This document shows positions 17,964 to 32,644 of a DNA stretch of 64,000 nucleotides, piece by piece; the first letter of the stretch is position 1; every line of letters starts with the position of its first letter. Source of the stretch: the human T2T-CHM13v2.0 reference genome, Homo sapiens; the NCBI RefSeq assembly GCF_009914755.1, contig NC_060933.1; one strand, given 5' to 3'. A program made the translations under genes and the position numbers. A model generated the notes under the pieces. That model was not told where the DNA came from and did not search any database. It worked only from the letters and a program-made list of their open reading frames with translations.

Positions 17964-19364
17964 AGGCACAAGAAAAAGTGATAGCAACTGGAGTAAATCA
18001 GACCCCATTTAAAGGGGTAGTCATTACTCAGTTCTAGTCAGTTGTTACCATGAGGGTATTTCAAGAGAAATCAGAAATCAGAATTTTAATGTGAAAACCT
18101 TCATTGATGACAGTAATTAAAAACAACAACATCCACAAACCTACAAAGCTCTGAGAGCCAGATTAACTAGATCTGTGGCTTTGCTTTTTCTCTTGAATAT
18201 CTAGTATGAGAACTCTGCCAACTGCTTGGTTCACTCATCACATCCTATTGACCTAGAAAACTCTTACTCATTCTTAAATGTATCAAAACACCCCATTGCA
18301 CCCCATAAATATATAGAATTATTATTTCTCAATTAAAAAAATGTTACTTCTGACAATAACCTTTCTTAGCTCCTGCCCTTAACCCTTGGCTATGTCAAGT
18401 TCCCCTCCAGGGTGTTTCTGTAATAGGAGGCACTACAGGAAGCCTTTCTTTCCCTATCCCAGCACTTATCCCACTGTGTTATAGCTGCCTAGGCAGTTAT
18501 TTCTCTTCCTTCATCATCTGTAGTAACCTCCACATGGGCAGTAGCTCTGTGTATCCTGCTGGCTTCTGTTCTCACGTGCAGTATACCTGTCTCCAACCTG
18601 CGCGGCCACGAACCTGCCGTAACTTCTCTACTACTCCCTTAGGAATTGGGCTATTTGTTTATTTGCAGGATTCTGCCCACCCCCTCTGCCTTTTCCTCAT
18701 CTTCATGCTCCAGGCTTGGGTCAGCCACTGTGCTCTAGGAGATGTGGGGGGTGGGGGGGTGGGGGCGGACTGAATCCTGCTTGCTTATTGCCACAAAGAT
18801 CAGAGTATGAATTATAAGCAGATCTCTTGTTGGACAGAAGCATGAATGCTCTGGCGCTTCCTGTGTAACACATCCAAGGTGACCCTTCTTTCTCCCACCA
18901 ACTTCATGAGTGCTAATGTTTAGCCATTCTGTGCGTAAGATCATCTGGCTTCATAAATGCTCCTCAGTATTCAGCAAAATGTACCAAACACTTTTGATAC
19001 ATAAGGGCAATGCACTCAGGAAGAAGTTTTATGACAAAAGCTACTTCAGGTAAGACCTTGATGTTATTCTAAGTCAATTCTTCATAGTAAATATTCTACT
19101 GTATTTGTTTAGAAGCCAAGCTTTTTTATCCCCTTAAAAATGTATCCTTGATTTATCAGTTCAATTTCTGATGTTCTGTATGAAGACTGAGAGGCACTTT
19201 ACAATATGTAAGGGAAGGAGATAGGGTTGTGTGTGTGTGTGTGTCCCAGTGTTATCTTGGTGGGAGATCTTCTGCTGGTTGCATCTAGTCTCGCTTCCAC
19301 AAACATGAGGATAACCACTCCTGTGTCTTCTGGGCCCTATTTTCTACTCAGTGCATGGGTGCAT

Positions 19365-19389
19365 GTGTGTGTGTGTGCAGGTATGTGTA

Positions 19390-19434
<45 letters not shown>
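19365..19434. repeat. (TG)n microsatellite
   Basis: Direct reading; imperfect 5' part then a pure TG run. Confidence 0.95.
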
Positions 19435-19436
<2 letters not shown>

Positions 19437-20584
19437 CCCTACCAGTGACCTGGGCCATTGAATGAAGCATTTTTGACATGGGGTGGATTGTATAAGAGGT
19501 TAGGAAATCTCTAAAGGCGGAAAGGAGGTGAACATCTCATGGGTGATGCACTGGTTTCTATTGATTGGTAGTTGTTAGTAGATAACAATGGGGAGGCCAG
19601 GTTTTCTTTCTGCTCCCAGGCTGATGATGATGATAAATGGCTCCTGCTGGGGCACATGCCTGTGGTCTCTCCATCTCACTCATTTTGTCTATGTGATTCT
19701 TCCTCTTCCTTTCTCTTGGCCGGTGGAGACTTTTATCTAGTCTAGTGGCAGAAACAATCTCCTCTCAATATCTGCTCTCAATCTTTCTGTTTTACACCTA
19801 GCCCAGTGGCTTTTGAACTCAATATTTAAGAATAGTCCCTTGTGGTTTTCTGGTTCTTCAGTGTGTCGTTTACCTCCAAGCAGTAGGTGTCTTACATCTA
19901 GGTGTCTAGGCAAAGAGGGGATGTCCTTGGAGTAACAGTGAGGAAATTCCATGACAGCAGACATGAAGGAAAACACACTAATTACTACTTCAAATTATTG
20001 TTATATATTATGTCCTACTTGCTTGTAAATATATATGCAAGATTTTAATAGGAGAGCATCTGTAGAGGGTAGACTTTAAAAAAATTCAGGCATATTTGGT
20101 AAGCTGACCTTAAATCAAATAAGGATGATAATTAGCCTCACCCTTGGTTTGCAAAGTGCTTTTACATGTGATGTTAATCTCATATCCAGCTTGTGAAACA
20201 GGCAGGATCTGCAGTGTTTTTCTGTTTCATGAAAGAGGATCAGAGAGGTTATATAACTTCCACAGAGTTGCAAAGTGAGTACATGTCAGTGGACCCAAGA
20301 CTTTGGACTCTAGTCCAAGTCTCATTCTGCTACCCAAAAGCTGCTTCTCTATGATTTGGAAGGGTTAGCCCTGTCACTGAGTAAGCTATGCCTTGTAAGT
20401 GCACATGTACGCACAGGATGTTTCTTTATCTGTGGCATCGTACATACCATCCTTTGTCCCACATACAGTCAGTTCTAGATGGATAAGCTGCCCTAAGCGA
20501 TCTTTCACAAACAGGCCCTCTTGGTCTTTTTTTTCTACCACAGCTTACGGGACTGCTGAAAACTTTGACCTATTTCATAGATAA

Positions 20585-21560
20585 GTATTTAATTAATTAG
20601 TTAATCCACCTGTCAATTATTTAGTGATGCCTAGTCCTGGGTTAGGCTGTGGGGAGAGAAATGTATAATTTGTTCTTTGGCCAGAATGCACAGGAATGAG
20701 GAACAACAAATGAGGCTTAGTAAGTGGCTGACTGCCGTTTGCAGTGATAGAGGTGTTTTTACAGTTGTGAGAGAACAGGGGCAGGACCATTAAGCAAAAT
20801 CAGGGCAGGGAAAATTTTCATGGAGTGAACTGAAAAGTTGATCAGGCCGGAATAGGGAAAGGACATCCTAGCAAAGGGTTAGCCTTGAAGAAAATCATGG
20901 AAGGCTGGGAGTGCAAAGGCCAGTGTGACTGGTGTTGGGGTGAGGGGTGAGTGATGGGACAAAAGCCATGGAAATTGACAGAGGTTGGATTGTGAGGGGC
21001 CCTAGAACCTAGACTATATCTGGACTTTATGCCGAGGAAGGTGGGAATTGCTTGGAGATGGTAATAAAGGGGGTGATAACAGTAATTTAAAAAAATCTTT
21101 CTTGCAGCAGAGGATGATTTAGAGAGAAATGGAACTTTTAGGCTGTAACATCAGTTAGGAGAGGAAGAGGGCCTTGACCTGGGCACCATCAAGGCTGTGG
21201 GAGAGGACAGGGATACATTTGTGAGGTGTTTAGGAGAGGTAATTGACGTTGGTAGAGATGGATGGGTTGTGGTGATGCTTAAGAGAGGAAAATCCTTAGA
21301 CACCATCTAATTTCTGGACAGGTGGAGGATACTGTCTCTCATGAGAAAGGGAACCCTTGGGGAAGAGGAGGTGATGAGCATGAGGGTGATAGTTTGCATC
21401 ACCCTTGGTTTGCAAAGTGCTTTTACATGTGATGTTCATTTTATACCCAGCTTGTAAAATAGGCAAGATGGGTAGGGTTTGGTCAGATACATCAGAAGGT
21501 CCCATGGCAGTATTTAAAAGGCAGGGGGGAATGGTGATCCAGTGTGAGCAGAGGTACACA
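20585..21560 (-). mobile_element. L2 fragment(s)
   Basis: Purine-rich L2 reverse-complement style (AAGGCCAGTGTGACTGG, GATTGTGAGGGGCC, GGACTTTAT). Confidence 0.5.
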
Positions 21561-22155
21561 CTTCCAGCCCTAAATTAACTCACAGGGAAGCTCTTGTTGC
21601 CTCTTGGGCCATCCAGTGATATCAACCTGAGATCTGAGGGGGGATCTGGACTAGTAGGAAAGAGGTGTTCTCAGCTGCACTCTAAAGGTTTGTCTTTATG
21701 CTACAGGATCTTCATCTCATGAGCTTAACACCTGGAGAGAGGAAAGGTGAGAAATTTGTGAAGCAGCTCCAATTAAAATCAAGAATTAAAGAATAATGTT
21801 CTTTCCTGATCTGCTAGGGAACAAGAGAAATAACTTCAAATCAAACCTTAGTTGATCCAGATCTAAAATAGATTTAAATCAGCTCTCCAAAGCCTGGGCA
21901 GGTTTTTAAATAAAAACCTGTGTTTCAGGTTCCTTTTGTTAAAGAAATGCCCTTACTTGATGGAACATCAAAACCTCATTATATTGCAAACATTGGACTA
22001 TAAAAGATGGAGAATGAGCAATTCTACTTAGCCGCTGCAGCCCTCCACACGGTGCCCCAGAAGGACAATGAGTTCCAAAGGTCAGGGTTACACATGGCGT
22101 GGTAAGTGTTTTTCTCCTTCTAACACTCAACAGGCTTGGAAAATGGCCAATGTTA

Positions 22156-22250
22156 GAGACAGAGAGAGAGAGAGAGGGAGAGGGAAAGAGGGAGGGAGAG
22201 AGAGAGAGAGAGGGAGAGAGGGGGTTGGGGAAGGGGAGAGAGAGAGAGAG
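22156..22250. repeat. GA-rich low-complexity / (GA)n tract
   Basis: About 95 bp of almost pure purine on the + strand. Confidence 0.9.
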
Positions 22251-23997
22251 TCAGTCTGTAGTCAGGCTTCTTCAAGAATGAAAAATAAACTTTCTTCCCC
22301 CCCTGCAGAAAAAAAAAAATTGAAAAAAGACAAACCCTGAAGAAAAGCAGACAGCTGCTAACTAGTTGTCTAGCTGTCTATTTGTGGACACTTCCTTTCA
22401 TCTTGTCATATCTTTTGTGGTGTTTGAAATGTTTGGAGCTTAAGAGTGGAAGAACACTCAGTGGAATCCAAACTTTTATTAAAAGAAAGGGAAAGAGAGA
22501 CAGCACAGTTCTGACAACAAGTGAGTATTTCAATGTTGGGGCCATATTCTGCCCAAATATCAAGCAGAGGAGCCCTCTATTTCTAGCTAAATGAAGCAGA
22601 AAACATATTTCGATTAAAAATACGCAAGAAGATAACGTGTAGGAAACCAACTTATTTTGTGGGAAGGCTGCAGAGGGATACAAATGGACCTTAAGAAGGG
22701 GCCAGGAGGAGAGGGGCCTCCTTCCCAGGCTTGGCCAGGGTCCCTTTGTGCTGGTTCATTGGAATGCTAATTTCTGCTCCATTGTCCCTGAGAAGCCACT
22801 CTGCTTTCTCGCACTGGAAGCCCTTTCTCATTCTCTTGTCTTTGGTGGTCTTCACCAGCTGCTTCTATTAGCTTAGAGCCTCAGGAGATTTTATTTCCAT
22901 GAATGTTGTTTTGTGCAGACCTCTGTTTCTATTTGATCGATTCATCCATTTGATTCTCATTCCTTCTTGCATTCATCCTCAGGGGTTAAACCACCAGATT
23001 ATGGTTTCCTTGTCAAAATTAGAAACCCAAAGTGGACTGTCACAAGGATCCTGGGGATTTTGTCTTTGACATCCATTTCGGAGGAAATGGAGATTGAAAT
23101 CTTAGCAGGAGAATCTCTTCAGGGACTCTGATTTTTCTTTAAAAGGAACCAAGTCCTGAATTAAAATAAATACCTAGACTTCAGATGAGGCATCAGAGAA
23201 TCAACAGAAGGCCTAAGTCTTTGTTTCACTGGCTGTCTGTGTGCACCATAATTAAGGGGAAAGAGCTTAGGGAATTATCCACAGCTCAGCTTTCATAGCC
23301 AGTTTTCTTTTCAAATTGGATACTTAACATATCGCTCAGAGAATGTATTTCAGAGACTTCGCTAGGTGCCTATGGTATGCTGTGGCATTGACAGATGGGC
23401 AGAAGCTGGAAAGATGGGTGGGTTCTGTTCCTTCATGTCCTAAAATACCAACAGCTGTTAGGCTGCACATTTCTGTGCTACTTGGGGCTTTTTACCTAGC
23501 ATTGGAGTATGTTGTGCTCTTCTCTCCTTTCCTCTACTGCATGAGGAGGCAACTGGTGTAGAGTGACAAGGTGGGAAGAACAAAAGCAGAGTCTTTCAGA
23601 TCTGGTTTCTGCCACCCCTCCTCTCTGGGCCTCATCTGTAAAATGGGGTAAATCTGCTCTGTGGCTGTGAGGATTATATGAGATCACATATGTAAAGTTC
23701 CAGGGATCTGGAAGGCATTCGAGAAAAATTAATCACATACTCTTCTATCCTTCACCCCTACCCTCATGGAAGATTGAGGAATGACTCTAAACCTAATAAG
23801 CAGTTTATTGCTGTCCCTCAAATGTGTCATGCTTCTTCCTGTCTCCATGATTTATTTGGCACTGCTGCCCTTCTGATTGGAATGGTCGTTCCCTAGATTC
23901 CCCCCATGGCTGGCTCCTAGGCATCATTCAAGTCTGAGTTCAAAGGTTGCTTTTTCCAAAGGCTCTTCTTGCCCTGGTTAAAAATAACCCTTGGCTA

Positions 23998-24460
23998 CTA
24001 TTCACAATAGTAAAGACATGGAACCAACCTGAATGCCCATCAATGATAGACTGGATAAAGAAAATGTGGTACATATACACCATGAAATACTATGCAGGCA
24101 TAAAAGGGAATGAGATCATGTCCTTTGCAGGAATATGGATGAAGTTGGAAGCCATCATCCTCAGCAAACTAATACAGGAACAGAAAAACCAAACACTGCA
24201 TGTTCTCACTCATATGTAGGAGCTGAACAATGAGAACACATGGACACAGGGAGGGAAACAACACACACCAGGGCCTGTTGGGGAAGGGGATGAGGGGAGG
24301 GAGAGCATCAGGACAAATGACTGACGCATATGGGGTTTAATACCTAGGTGACGGGTTGATAGGTGCAGCAAACCACCACGGCACACACTTACCTGCACAT
24401 TCTGCTCGTGTATCCTGGAACTTTAATGTAAAAGAAAAGGAAAAAAAAAAAAAAAAAAAC
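23998..24460 (+). mobile_element. 5'-truncated L1PA (about L1PA8-L1PA11) inserted in L2
   Basis: ORF2 C-terminus (TWNQPECPSMIDWIKKMW), 3'UTR and A tail; TSD AAAATAACCCTTGGCTA / AAACAAACCCTAGGCTA. Confidence 0.9.
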
Positions 24461-26632
24461 AAACAAACCCTAGGCTAGTCCCTTAAGTCATCTAGTTTTT
24501 TTTTTCCTAGTACAGCAATCTCAAGTGTTCTTTTTTCTTACCTTGATGCATATTATCTGCTTCTCTCTGCTAGAACGTAAGAACCAAGAGTATATAAACT
24601 TTGTCTCATTCACTAGAATACTGTGTGGCACAGATGTTTATGTACTTTGTCCTGGTGCTGCCTGGGGATATGGGCATGAATAGGACCCAGACCCTACTCT
24701 CCAGGAACTTTCAGTCATGTAAAGAAATAGTTTATAATGCACACAAGATTCTTGTGACTACTTTTGGTTTTCACAGAGTAGGGAGACATAGACACATACA
24801 ATTTTATATAGTAATCTGAGGCCAGTGCATCAATAGAAGTGTGTTCTAGGTGATACAAGAAAGATTTGATGATTCTGCCTGGGTGTGCTAAGTAAGGTTT
24901 CCAGGAGGAGAGGTAATTCAGCTAGGATTTGCAGGATTAACTGCAGGTCCTGGTTAGGTAGACTGTGGTGGAAAGGCATTCTCAGCAGGAAACCTGGAGC
25001 TACAACACAGCACACAGCACACAGCATATAGTGGCAAATAGCTTGTTCAGGTTTTTATATTAAGCCTGTAGGATTTCAGCATACTGGCTTCTGCTCTGCA
25101 TTCCAACCTTGTAGGATTATTTTCAATTCTTCATCCTGACATGTGCGATATTAAAAATCTCTCCTGACTTGGAGTCATCTGAAATATGTCCATAAAGCCC
25201 TATAAAACTGGCCAGTGGCTGGAATTGAAGGGGTAAGAATGGAAATGGGCATAGAAGGGAGATATTTACCTGAGAAAGGTTTAAAATAGAACCAATCATG
25301 GGGCAGGAGTGTGGGGTGGAAAGAGCTCTGGGCCAGAAGTTAGAAGATCTGGTCCCTCACTCTTTCTGTCACTTGTGCAGTCTTAGATTATTTCATGTAT
25401 CTAAGCCTCAGTTTCTTCATAAAGCAACAACAGCAACAACAAAATAAAATAACGAAGTGTGGCTAGTAATACCTGGTAAGATTGGGAATCACAGAAAATG
25501 AGTTTGAGCTTCCAAGGAATCTTCACTGCAATTTAAGTGATGCTAAGGGCTATGAGAATACCTGGAGGTGCTAGGATTCTATGGACTCTAAATGCTTATT
25601 GTTATTTGACTTTTTTCCTAACCATTTTCAGGTTTAGATTTGCAAAATATTTTCAATTCCTTGTTTTTCCCAATCTCCCCTACATTCATTTGTAATCAAT
25701 AATGTCGGTTTTTCCATATTGTCAGCCAACAGCTTAGCATGGGATATTTCTATCCCAGATATTCCTCCAAAAAGCTAATCAAATAATACCAGTTTTTTGC
25801 TCAGACAGATGTTAGTGAAGATTAGAGAGAGTCACTGAGAATCATGCCCTATGTCAGTACGTTGAATCCATTTTTCAAAGTTTTCAGGGTGTAGGTCTCT
25901 CTGTTGCCACGAGATGAGCTGGGGTTGAGCCCTCAACTGGCTGGACTGTTGGCATGTGTCCTGTGAAAGCTTTAAGGAACCCTGGGCATGATCTGATCCA
26001 CCTACCTCATTTTACAGAAGAATAAGTTGAGGCCCTAAGAGGAAGGAATTCGTTCAAGCTTTGACAGTCAGTAAATGAGCTAAAACAAAGTGAAACAGAC
26101 AACAAAGCAGGAGAAATCACCTGTGGCATAGCCTTCCCTATTCTATTTTATATTTAAAATCTATTTTAAAATTATCAATATATGAATTTGTCTCAGAAAG
26201 GATCAGACTGACTTTTAAAAATATACACTACAAAAAGTTTTCTAAAAAGTAATTGAGAATGACAGGGCACTCGCCCACAGACGGAGAGAAAATATTTGCA
26301 AGAGATGTGTCTGATAAAGGACTGTTATTCAAAATATACAAAGTACTGTTAAAATTCAACAATAAGAAAATAAACAACCCAGTTACAAAAATGGGCAAAA
26401 GATCTGAACAGACATCACACCAAAGAAGATACACAAATGTTGAATAAGCATATAAGCACATGAAAAGATGCTCACATTATGTGTCATTAGGGAACTGAAA
26501 ATTAAAACAATGAGATACACACTTTTTAGGGTGACTAAAATCCAAACCACTAACACCACCAAATGCTGGGAAGTGGTGGAGCAAGAGGAACTCTCATTAG
26601 TTGCTGGTGCGAGTGCAAAATGATACATCCAC

Positions 26633-27292
<660 letters not shown>

Positions 27293-27401
27293 GCCACTTT
27301 GGGAGACATTTTTGCAGTTTTTTTTACAAATTAAACATATATTTACCCTACAATCTAGCAGTTGTGCTTCTTGGTATTTACCAAAAGGAATTAAAAACTT
27401 A

Positions 27402-27479
27402 CCTGTGTAACAAACCTGCACATCCTGCGCATGTACCCCAGAACTAAAAATAAAAATTAAATTTTTAAAAAACTGAAAA
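27402..27479 (+). mobile_element. Extremely 5'-truncated L1PA tail
   Basis: CCTGTGTAACAAACCTGCACATCCTGCGCATGTACCCCAGAACT plus A-rich tail, flanked by AAAAACTTA repeats. Confidence 0.8.
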
Positions 27480-28824
27480 AAAAACTTATGTTCACATAAT
27501 AACCTGTACACAGATATTTAACACAGTTTTATTCATAATTGTCAAAACTTGAAAGCAACCAAGCAGTTAGTGAATGTATAAATAAACTGGTGTATCCAGA
27601 CAGTGGAATATTATTCAGTGTTAAAAAGAAATAAACTATCAAACCATAGAAGAACCTTAAATGCATATTACTAAGTGTAAGATCAATCTGAAAATGCTAC
27701 ATACTGTGTGACTACAACTGTATGACATTCTGGAACAGACAAAACTCCGGAGACAGTAAAAAGATCAGTGGCTGCCAGAGATTTGGGAGATGGGAGGAAT
27801 GAATGGGCAGAGCACAGATGATTTTTTGGTCAGTGAGCTACTCTGTATGATACTATAATGGTAGATACAAGTGATTATACACATATCAAAACCCATAGAG
27901 CATATAACACCAAGAGTCAACCCTAATGTAAATGATGGATTTGGGATGAAAAGGATGTATCAATGTAGGTTCATGGAATGTGACAAATGTATAATATCAT
28001 TCTGGTGTGTGATATTAATAGCGGGAGAGACAGTGTGGCTGGGGGCAGGGAAGAGGAGAATATGGGAACTGTACTTTCTGCTCAAATTTGCTGTGAACCT
28101 AAAAGTACTCTAAAAAAATAAAATCTGTATTTAAAAAAGCAATTGAGGAAATGAGGACAAAAAGAAAATAATAACAGAGAAATAAGTTCAAAACTTGGAT
28201 AAGGTTAATGAATAAAATGTGTGCACATTTCCTAGAGATGGGGTACACATTTAATTTCTGAGCAGTTAAGGCAAAAACAATAATAGTATCCATAAGTGAA
28301 AAACAGTTTAGCATACTTAATCCTGGGACTAAGACCAGAGAAGAATTTCTCTTACGTTTCTTTTTACCAGAGACAGGATAAAGTAGTGAACTATGTCCTC
28401 AACAACATTTGCTAAGTAACAACAACAACAAAATAATAATGAGTTTCATAGGGTAGAAGTCTTGGCTTTATAATAAATACACATTCCCCAAAGAGGTCCT
28501 ACTTTGAATGACCACCAGGGATGCACTAGTCTGGCAGCGTGGGTCTGCACGAGTAAGTGCCTGTCAGGCCTTCTGAAAGAAGTGGTAGACGTGCTGGGGC
28601 TGGCTGCTCCTTGTCAGGGGAGAACATGATGTCCTCAATTCTCAGGCAGTGGACTGGATGCCAGGAAGGGCTGACATTCACCAGACATTAATTAAATACC
28701 AGGATAGTGAGGTGATTTGGGGTACAGCACTGTCATGGTGTTGACCTCCTTCCTTCTAAGAAACTTGTCTCAGCTTCTGAAAGAATATTGGACAAAATTG
28801 CAAGAATGAGGAGATTTTAAAACC

Positions 28825-29320
28825 AGTTTTATTGAGGTATGATTTGCATACATCAACATTTATGCATGCTAATGTACAGGTTGTGAACCCATGTAACTCT
28901 CACTCCAATAGAGTTATAGAAGATTCCCATTTCCTTAGAACATTCTCTCAATGTGTCTTTCTTTTCATTCTCTTCCCCCTGCCTCTGGTACCTACTCCCC
29001 CATTCCGGACCAATGCTGATTTACTATCTCTACAGATTAGTTTTGTCTTGCTAGCATTTCATATAAATGGAATCATATGATATGTGTCTTTTCATGTCTG
29101 GGTCTTTCACTTTGCACATCTGTGAGATTCACCAATACCATCGAGAGTATTAGTAATGCATTCCTGCTTATTGCTGATGACTATTCCATTTCACAAATAT
29201 ACCATAATTATTCATTCACCTGTTGAACATTTTGGTTTTTCCCATTTTGGGATATTATGAATAAACTTGCTATGAACTTCCATGTACAAGTCATTGTGTG
29301 GACATAAGTTGTCATTTCTA
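28825..29320 (-). mobile_element. Old L1M (L1ME-like) 3' fragment
   Basis: TTTATTGAGGTATGATTTGCATAC...TTTCATATAAATGGAATCAT...TGCTATGAAC. Confidence 0.75.
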
Positions 29321-29577
29321 CTGCTACTGCCACTAATGGGTTGTGTCCTGTGTTAAAGGTAACTACTGCTCATATGCAGTGCCCCTTTCTGCCTGCTTTC
29401 CTCTTCCTTTTTCCTTTCTGGAGCTCAACATAAGACAGCTCCTCTTGTATTTCTTATTCTGCTATGGTAACACATACTCAGATAGTGCCTCCTCTTTATT
29501 GAGGCACATCATTCTTTCTGTCCCACCTTTTTACTGAAGGACTGAAGGGCTCACTGGAGGTGTGCCTCAGCCTCTAA

Positions 29578-29953
<376 letters not shown>

Positions 29954-32644
29954 ACAGCTTTTCCCAGAGAGAAGAACACTGTGGGTTAGGTACTGCTTGC
30001 ATTGTTTACTAAACCCCACCTGCCTGTTATTTTCTCTTATAAAATCTAGTTATTTGCCTTCATTATATTTATCACAGGTTGTAATTACATACAACTTATT
30101 TGTGGTTTATTGATCAATGCATGCCTCCTTCACTAGAATGTCATTTTATTAACCACTATGCACCCAGTACATGGCATGCGGCTTTGGCTTGAGCAGATAC
30201 TCAAATGTATTTGTTGAATGAATGTAGGGGTTCCAGCCATTGTCCTGATGGGACTTTGATAAATGTGACTCTGATCCAACATCCATTATTACACAGTTCA
30301 GACTAGGATGGCTAAAGGTACTGTTTCAACATATAGTTGTCAGCACCCTGATCCTGTGAGAAAGTTTGGGGTCAATTTTCTAAGGACACTCAGGTTTTCT
30401 TTCCTTCACTAAATGTACATACAATGCAGAGATCTTCAAAACACCACTGGTGCTTCGAAGTTATGTAACTTTGCCCTTGTGCAGATGGAGACTTGAGACC
30501 CAGACAGGTTTTTCTAAGACATCAAGATCTTTCCAGTTCAAGCATAATAATTTTATACTTAATTTGGGTTTTAGAATTAGACCTGAGTTTGACTCCCAGG
30601 TATATATCACCAAGTCATGGTGTGATTTTGATCAAGTAACTTAACTTCCTTGAGCCTCAGTTTCTAGTCTAATAGGCCTTTTGCTATTGACTATAGCTCT
30701 TATGCCTCTGCAGACCATCTCCAGGCCAAACAGCTTTTTTGTTTGTTTTGTTTTATTTTGTTTTGTTTTTGACAGGTCTAATTTTGTTATAGGTTTGAGT
30801 TTGCTTACCTTACCGGTATGCTCAACTGAATATGTCTGTTTTTTTTCATTCTCAGAGTGTGGAATCTCGAGCTGAGGGCAGGTAGCCCTCAGGATGTGGC
30901 CTGGCTAGTGCACAGATGAGCAGGGCTGTTTCCCCATTGTTCTGGGTGCTAGTCTAACATTGAAACTGAGGGCTGCATCATTTTCTGTGGCGATCACGTG
31001 GCTCTGCTGATTCAGGTTCAGTACCTCATCGACTAATAACCCTACATTCACCCTTCATGTCAGCCATTATTATTATTGTTGTTATTATTTTTAATGTTTA
31101 AATTCAGTTTTAAGTTCCCTTGCCATCCTTGTCAATCTAGAGATACAGAGTCAAACTCTTTTGGTTATTTTCTAGTTAGTTCTGAATTTATCTTATTGCC
31201 TCTTGCTAAATTAGTGCCCTGGTGTCCAGGCAAAAATAAGACTTAAACCACCAAATTGAATTATTCTCTTGTTCTTTGCCTATTCACCTCTATGGGAGAA
31301 TCCTTAGGGAAGGGTCATTTAACAACATTCCTGAATTATTATTATGTGCCAGGTCCTGTGTCCCATTCAGTCCAGAAGACAGAGAAGTAGAAGATTACAG
31401 TGCAGTGTAATCAGTGCAATGACAGAGGGAAGTCTCCTCTGCTCAAATAGCAGAGGAGAGGACCCAGACCATGAAGACCAGAGAAGCAAGCCAGCTGTTC
31501 AGTGTCCAGGCTGGAGGTATATTCAGGCTTGATCCCTAGAAAATCTGTGTCTAGTTCTTCAAATCCTTAGCATTTTGAGGCTTATCCTCTTCTCGGTTTT
31601 CCTGTACCATTCAGGTAGCACCATATCAAGAGGAACTCTACAATCTGATGATTCATTCATTTGTTCATTCCATGAATATTGGAGGACCTTTTAGTATGGG
31701 GTTATACAAGGGAACAAATGAAATAAAATCTCTGTCCTTGTGGGCATGCCATTCATGTCTTTGGCTTGAACTACTTGCTTTAGGCCATTTCATACTTTGT
31801 TTCTTGACCTGTGTCCAATATTGTTGGTTTCTGACTTCTTGGTTATTTGCTTGCTTATTGCTTTAGCTTAAACTTGTAGCAAAGACCTGAGACTGCTTCT
31901 CTGGATTTTCCTCATTGATGTGACCCAGACTCTTTCTCTGGAGAGATATATATATATGTTAGTAGATGCTAAATGTTTAGAACAGCATTCAGCGCATTTG
32001 TAAGAAACTTTGTAAGTGCTTGTCATTATAATAATAATTATTTTATGTATAATAAAAATTATATATATCCAGGGAAGTAAAATAAATACTAGGAAAAAAA
32101 TACATATATACATATATTCAGTATTTTCCCAAGGCCTATATCCCATAAAAAATACTACTCAGCTTGATCAGAGCCCTGGGACCTGTTACCTTCAGTCACT
32201 TGCCTCTCCTCTGGGTCCCTCTAGGTTCCAGACCTTACTGGGTTTGTTTTAGCTACATATACCAAAACTAGAGAGCTGAGAAGGTGAGTAGGTCCAGTCA
32301 GGTGTGATTCTTGATATCAGAGCATATTTTGGTTCATGGCAGAACTCTGTGTTGCAAATAAAGAGAAAAGTTGCACCTTACTGGGAAAGGGAGCTAGTGA
32401 GAGCCTTGTCATGTCTAGGACATAGTTAGGTGGCTGAGATTTTGGGCAAGGATCTAGGCTCAGGAGAGAAATCAAGCCAGAAACCGCTCATATAGCCTAT
32501 GACAAGTGATGGTGGTGGTGGGAAGGAAAATAATTATAATAATAATAATTATAATGACAAGCACTTACAAAGTTTCTCATAAATGGGCTGAATTTTGTTC
32601 TAAACATTTAGTATATATTAGCAAATTTAATCCTTCTAGGGATC

